Origin: Lepidodermella squamata
Lineage: Eukaryota > Animalia > Gastrotricha
DNA length: 64,000 bases
Direction of reading: 5' to 3'
Assembly: GCA_047495785.1 (NCBI GenBank)
Contig: JBLDXI010000054.1
Coordinates: forward strand, 2,170,001 to 2,234,000
The notes beneath the pieces are model-generated. The model did not search any database. It was not told the DNA's origin and saw only the letters and a program-made list of their open reading frames with translations. The position numbers were made by a program, and so were the translations under genes. Each line of letters opens with the position of its first letter. The stretch's first letter is position 1. Shown here piece after piece: positions 59,608 to 64,000 of the stretch.

Positions 59608-60411
59608 ATGCAAGATTCGATGGATTTTGAATGCGTCCTATGTTACGACATTGCCGATGCTGCGCTTGAATCGCAGTGTTGCAACAAGTTAATGTGCGAT
59701 AAATGCGGTGATCAGACTCGCGATGGATCATGTCCAATGTGTCGATATGCCCCGCTCTTACTAAAGCGGAATGTATTCGTCCACAGACTCATTAGTAATT
59801 GGTCGGTTAACTGTACTGTTCCCGATTGTACGGCAAAACTGACACGCGGGACCTTGTCAAGCCATGTTGCTTCGGAGCACAGGCAGTTCAGCTGTCCTAA
59901 AGACGGTTGCTCGTTTCTTACCTTTAAAAAGTCAGACTTCATTCAGCATGTTACTTCTGTTCATGAGAAGGAACTTGTGGCAAACGTCTCGCGCTTGTTC
60001 GACCCTAAACCGCAAGAAGCGCCTCTCGATGTTATTGACACGAAATTAAATCGTGCTGGATTGCCAGCTAGACTGGGGAGTACTGGCAAGTATTATTGCG
60101 AACGATTGAATGCCCTTTATTGCACGTGTTGCGATGGTGCTTGTGGCCCAACTAATGGTTGCAATTGTTTAGACTGCATGATTCTAGACATAGCAACTCG
60201 TAGATTGCCACCTGGTTATCTCGTTAATCGAGAAGGATTTGCTGCCAGAAAAGCGCCCGAAGGCCGATTTTATTGTGGCCGGCGTGTTTTGATCGACGAT
60301 CCAATGACCGATGGCTACTGCGGTCCTAACGATGGGAACAACTGTGCTTCCTGTAAAGTTTTAGACGCCCAAGCCCTAAATTTTTACATGCCTTGTCTTC
60401 CTAATAAGTAA
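59608..60411 (+). CDS. Intronless RING-type E3-like protein with two Zn fingers and two tandem Cys-rich repeats
   Basis: CVLC..CCNKLMCDKC..CPMC; CTVPDC..H....H; CPKDGC..H....H; NR.G..AR....G.(Y/F)YC...DG.CGP..G.NC..C twice. Confidence 0.8.
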   Translation: MQDSMDFECVLCYDIADAALESQCCNKLMCDKCGDQTRDGSCPMCRYAPLLLKRNVFVHRLISNWSVNCTVPDCTAKLTRGTLSSHVASEHRQFSCPKDGCSFLTFKKSDFIQHVTSVHEKELVANVSRLFDPKPQEAPLDVIDTKLNRAGLPARLGSTGKYYCERLNALYCTCCDGACGPTNGCNCLDCMILDIATRRLPPGYLVNREGFAARKAPEGRFYCGRRVLIDDPMTDGYCGPNDGNNCASCKVLDAQALNFYMPCLPNK

Positions 60412-60527
60412 GCTCAAAGCTGAATTGATTTTGATTCAAACTTATTCGTCACCACTTCTGCTACTTCAATATTCAAGCAATAAATTTTGTTTAAATTTAT
60501 TAACTCTAGTGAATAGTTTTAATAAGT

Positions 60528-63022
60528 ATGGCTCAACCTTTATCAGCTGAAAAGCTGCAGCAGTTTGAAATGTCGGTGAAACTACAAGATTCATCGAAAT
60601 TGAAAGCGCTTCTTCCGCAAGGTTCGCTTGATAATTTGTCAGTCGCGATTTGCAATTTTCTTGATTTAGTCGTGGTGGATACTCCGTTATACCGAGGATG
60701 GTCTGCTCTTATGATAGCATGCAGCAATGCTAGCCTGGAAAAAGTTGAACTACTTCTCAATGCTGGGGCTAATCCGTGCTTTGTATCGAGTAGGTTACAA
60801 CAAATTGACCAATCTGGTTCACCTTGGCTCGTTTTTAGGCCCAGATATGGATACGGCTTTCACTGTTTGTGCGACGTCTAAAGGATCAGATGACGACTGC
60901 ACTGAGTGCATTCGAGCTCTGTTAAAAAGAGTGCCTCCCAGCCAGCGTGATTCCATAATCAACTCAAAGACGCGAGTCCATACGACCGCCTTAATGTTGG
61001 CTGCCAACAACAAGAAGATAAATTTGTTAACTACCTTGATTCGAAATGGTGCTAAGGTTAACGAGGCCGATCAAAGGGGCAAAACTGTAAGCATTTTTTA
61101 AAAGAATTTCACCTTATATTTTTGTTGATATTTTTAGGCTCTTCATTTCGCGGTTTCCTCTCGGAACACTGCTATATGCAGAATTTTAATGGTTGAAGGT
61201 GCAAACCCTGATTTGAGGGATAAAGATGGCCTAAGTGCCTTGAATCGAGCTGAAAATCTCGGAGTGCCGCAAGTCATTGAAATTCTCAAGAAAATCGATT
61301 CAACCAATGGCACTAGCACCAGCCCGTTGAATAAAACTGACAGTGGCTCTCGAACTTCGTTGAATAACGTGGCGGCTAAAGTTGATTCCGGTCTGAATCG
61401 AGCCTCGGAGCCGCTGAGAATTACACCTCTAGCGTCTCCAGCTAGGCCGTTAACTGCCAATTCTGGCGAGAAATCGCTTAGTTCGTCGAAAACTTCGTTG
61501 AATAACGTCCCGGCTCGAGTTGATTCGGGCCTTCACAGCTCGCGAGGTTCACTTCACGAGCCTGAAAAAGCCCTGGGCTCTGCCCAGAAATTCAACACGT
61601 TACCCAATGCCAAGTCGATTCGAGGGCCAAGGCCGCCGGAAAACGGAGTGGCGAGACAAGTGTCTGTAAATGACATTCTTCGCACGTCGAATTCAAGCTT
61701 GAATAAAACACCGCTTAATAAGCATGAATTGAAGCGGACTAGTCCGAGCGAAACTGAGAATAATTCACATCAATTAGCTGCTAGCCAGTCTATTTTAGAG
61801 CGTACAAATTCAATGTGCGACAATTTAGACTCGACCGCCCCTGTCAAGCTATCGCGGTCTGAATCGCTGAAACCCACTGTTTCAAATAATGACGATCAAG
61901 TGGACTGGGGCGAGCCTGCGGCGAAACCAGTTGCGCCTATTGAAGTGTCAGAAGGAAAGGAATTAGAGCAAAATGCGGCGAAAAAAATCGATCAATCCGA
62001 AAAGATAGCAAATATTGAAGCAGCCGCTGCGATTCCAGAGGGAACTACGGCCGAGGAAGACGTGTATTTAGCCGCTTCATCAGTGTAAATTTTTATCATT
62101 TCAATTTCTAATTCTTGCAATATTAGTTAAATTGATCGATTTCTTTATTTTCGCAAAATTTCAAAATATGCGTTTTTAAGGCGGATTTTTTAAATTATTA
62201 TTTTTGTTAAATTTTGATGATTTTTCTCATTTTTTTCAAATAATTTTAGAACGCAAATGGACGAGCTTGAAATGATGTTATCGTCTTTGAATCTCACAAA
62301 TCTCCTGCCGATATTTCGCGACAACAACATAACCATGCAGGAGTTGCTGTGCCTCGACGATGAAGATCTGAAAAAACTCGGCGTTCAATCGATGGGCGCG
62401 CGCAAGAAAATCATGGAAGGCGCTCATTTATTCACAGTCACGCCATTCGACGACAAAACCAGCTTGCCATCAGTCTATGATCGCCAGTTAACCTGCAAGG
62501 ACTGTGTTCATGTTTTCTCGAATATTTCCAGCCATTTGAGCTGCATTGTTGGATCGACCCAGTACGCGAGGCGACAAGTCTGCCGATTACCCCATCTCAT
62601 CCTAAATACTGAAGCGGTGAATTTTTTACTCTTTCATCAATTTTTTAAAAATTAAGGAGGAATTATTATAAAAAATTGTTTATTTATTTTAGGGTCCCAA
62701 CTCAAATATTGACGCTTTGTTGAGTTATATCGATGATTCGGAGCACTGCGCCGCTCAACTTCAGGCCGAGTTGAAATTACTCAAGTCGAATTTGCAGCAA
62801 ATTCAAACAAAAACAGAAATTATGCCTCAATTCCACGACTTGCGGCAAAAAACACCGCCTCGTTCTAGCCGTAGCAATTCCAAGTCGTGGACGATTCGGA
62901 GCTTTCTTCTCGGCGGTGTTGTCGGAGCCGGTCTATTAGGCGCCGGTTATTTTGTCTATAAAAATCCGGATATAATTCCGCAAAAATTATCGGATAAATT
63001 TCAAAAACTTCTTCGTTATTAA
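60528..63022 (+). CDS. ASZ1: Ankyrin repeat, SAM, leucine-zipper and C-terminal transmembrane protein (GASZ/ASZ1-like)
   Basis: Ankyrin repeats (GWSALMIAC, TALMLAA, TALHFA), SAM (LTNLLPIFRDNNITMQELLCLDDEDLKKLGVQSMGARKKI), coiled coil, terminal hydrophobic anchor FLLGGVVGAGLLGAGYFVY; architecture matches the piRNA factor GASZ. Confidence 0.75.
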
Positions 63023-63374
63023 TTATGTGATCTTTCTCTTTGAATCTTGAAGTGCTTCATCTCACGCCTGGTGATGGAAATTTGCATAATAACAAGCTGC
63101 AATAATCTTTCAGATTTGAGACAAACTATCCATGATTCGTCTATTGTTGCCGTTGTGTGCTAGAATTGCCTGACAAATTTCATGTTTTTTCTCTCTATCT
63201 CTGCCATAATATTGTGCTCAGAAATAGCTAAGTCATATCGCCGCTTTCTTCGTCGTTTTTCATCGTTGCTATTCACGTTAGTTGCTTCTTAATATAAAAA
63301 CACCAGTATTTACCTTGATTAAAAATTGAATGGTACAAATATATTAATTTTTGATGTTTTTTTTGTGTAGGAAA

Positions 63375-63788
63375 ATGACCTTAATATTCAGAGAAAATTC
63401 GCAGAAAATTGATAATTTGCCGGCCAATCGACCCCCGGTTGAGTTAATCAGTTGGCGTCTATTGCCGAGTGACGATTTTAAATCGATTTTTCTATATGGA
63501 GTCAACAACAAAACGCGAATCCTCGCCAAAACATCGCCGATTGTTGATCGTATCGATTTTAGGACGGTTCGAACTCAGAGCGGCTCTACAATCGTTCTGA
63601 CGGGATCGACTCGTCGTGATGACATGGCGAAAATTTTCCAGCCCGGCTTCGTCGACATGTTTTGGGATGGTTTTCCTGAAAATTGGAGCAGCCTAGTCCG
63701 CGAAGAGTTGCTTCGAATTTCGCTGTCGAGCGATAGAAGCAAAATCGCGCAGCTCGTCAGAAATATTTCTGGATATCACCTTGGCAAG
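63375..63788 (+). CDS. First coding exon of a SANTA-domain protein (KNL2/M18BP1-like); gene continues beyond the window
   Basis: L..W.L...SPIVDR....VRTQSGSTIVLTG...F.DGFPENW matches the SANTA pattern; GT donor at 63789. Confidence 0.65.
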
Positions 63789-64000
63789 GTAAAATTATAT
63801 TAATCATTTCTACCTGTATATGGGGTAACATTTAAATTTTTCGGTTCACAATATTTAAATTGCATTTAAAAAATTTCAAAATGAAAAAAATTGAAAAGAA
63901 TTACCTCGCTTCACGCTTGAAAATAGAATTTAAATTGGCGTCGGATACAAAAATTGTTTACTTCCGCTGAAGTAAAAAATATCAAGTCTTCTTAAAAAAT

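Overview
Eukaryotic (animal-like) genomic DNA with very short GT-AG introns (~48-60 nt). Bases 1-23.6 kb are a tandem, head-to-tail (- strand) array of a divergent multi-homeobox gene. I count six copies plus a relic seventh. A complete copy has 3 coding exons and encodes ~466-470 aa with seven homeodomains. Two copies are intact; the rest are truncated, frameshifted or have lost their ATG. The array is interleaved with non-LTR retrotransposons (a full-length CR1-clade element, a decayed I/Jockey-like element, RT fragments) and MITEs. The rest of the window holds a CNBD2-like gene with an intronless GABA-B-like class C GPCR nested in one intron, DYRK2, RTCB, two more intronless GABA-B-like GPCRs, an SLC37-like transporter, an intronless RING/Zn-finger/Cys-repeat gene, ASZ1(GASZ)-like, and the start of a SANTA-domain (KNL2/M18BP1-like) gene. 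Best candidate for an undescribed system: the seven-homeodomain gene array, whose paralogs differ most at the base-contacting positions of the recognition helices, like polydactyl zinc-finger clusters. All calls come from reading the sequence by eye; no searches were run.
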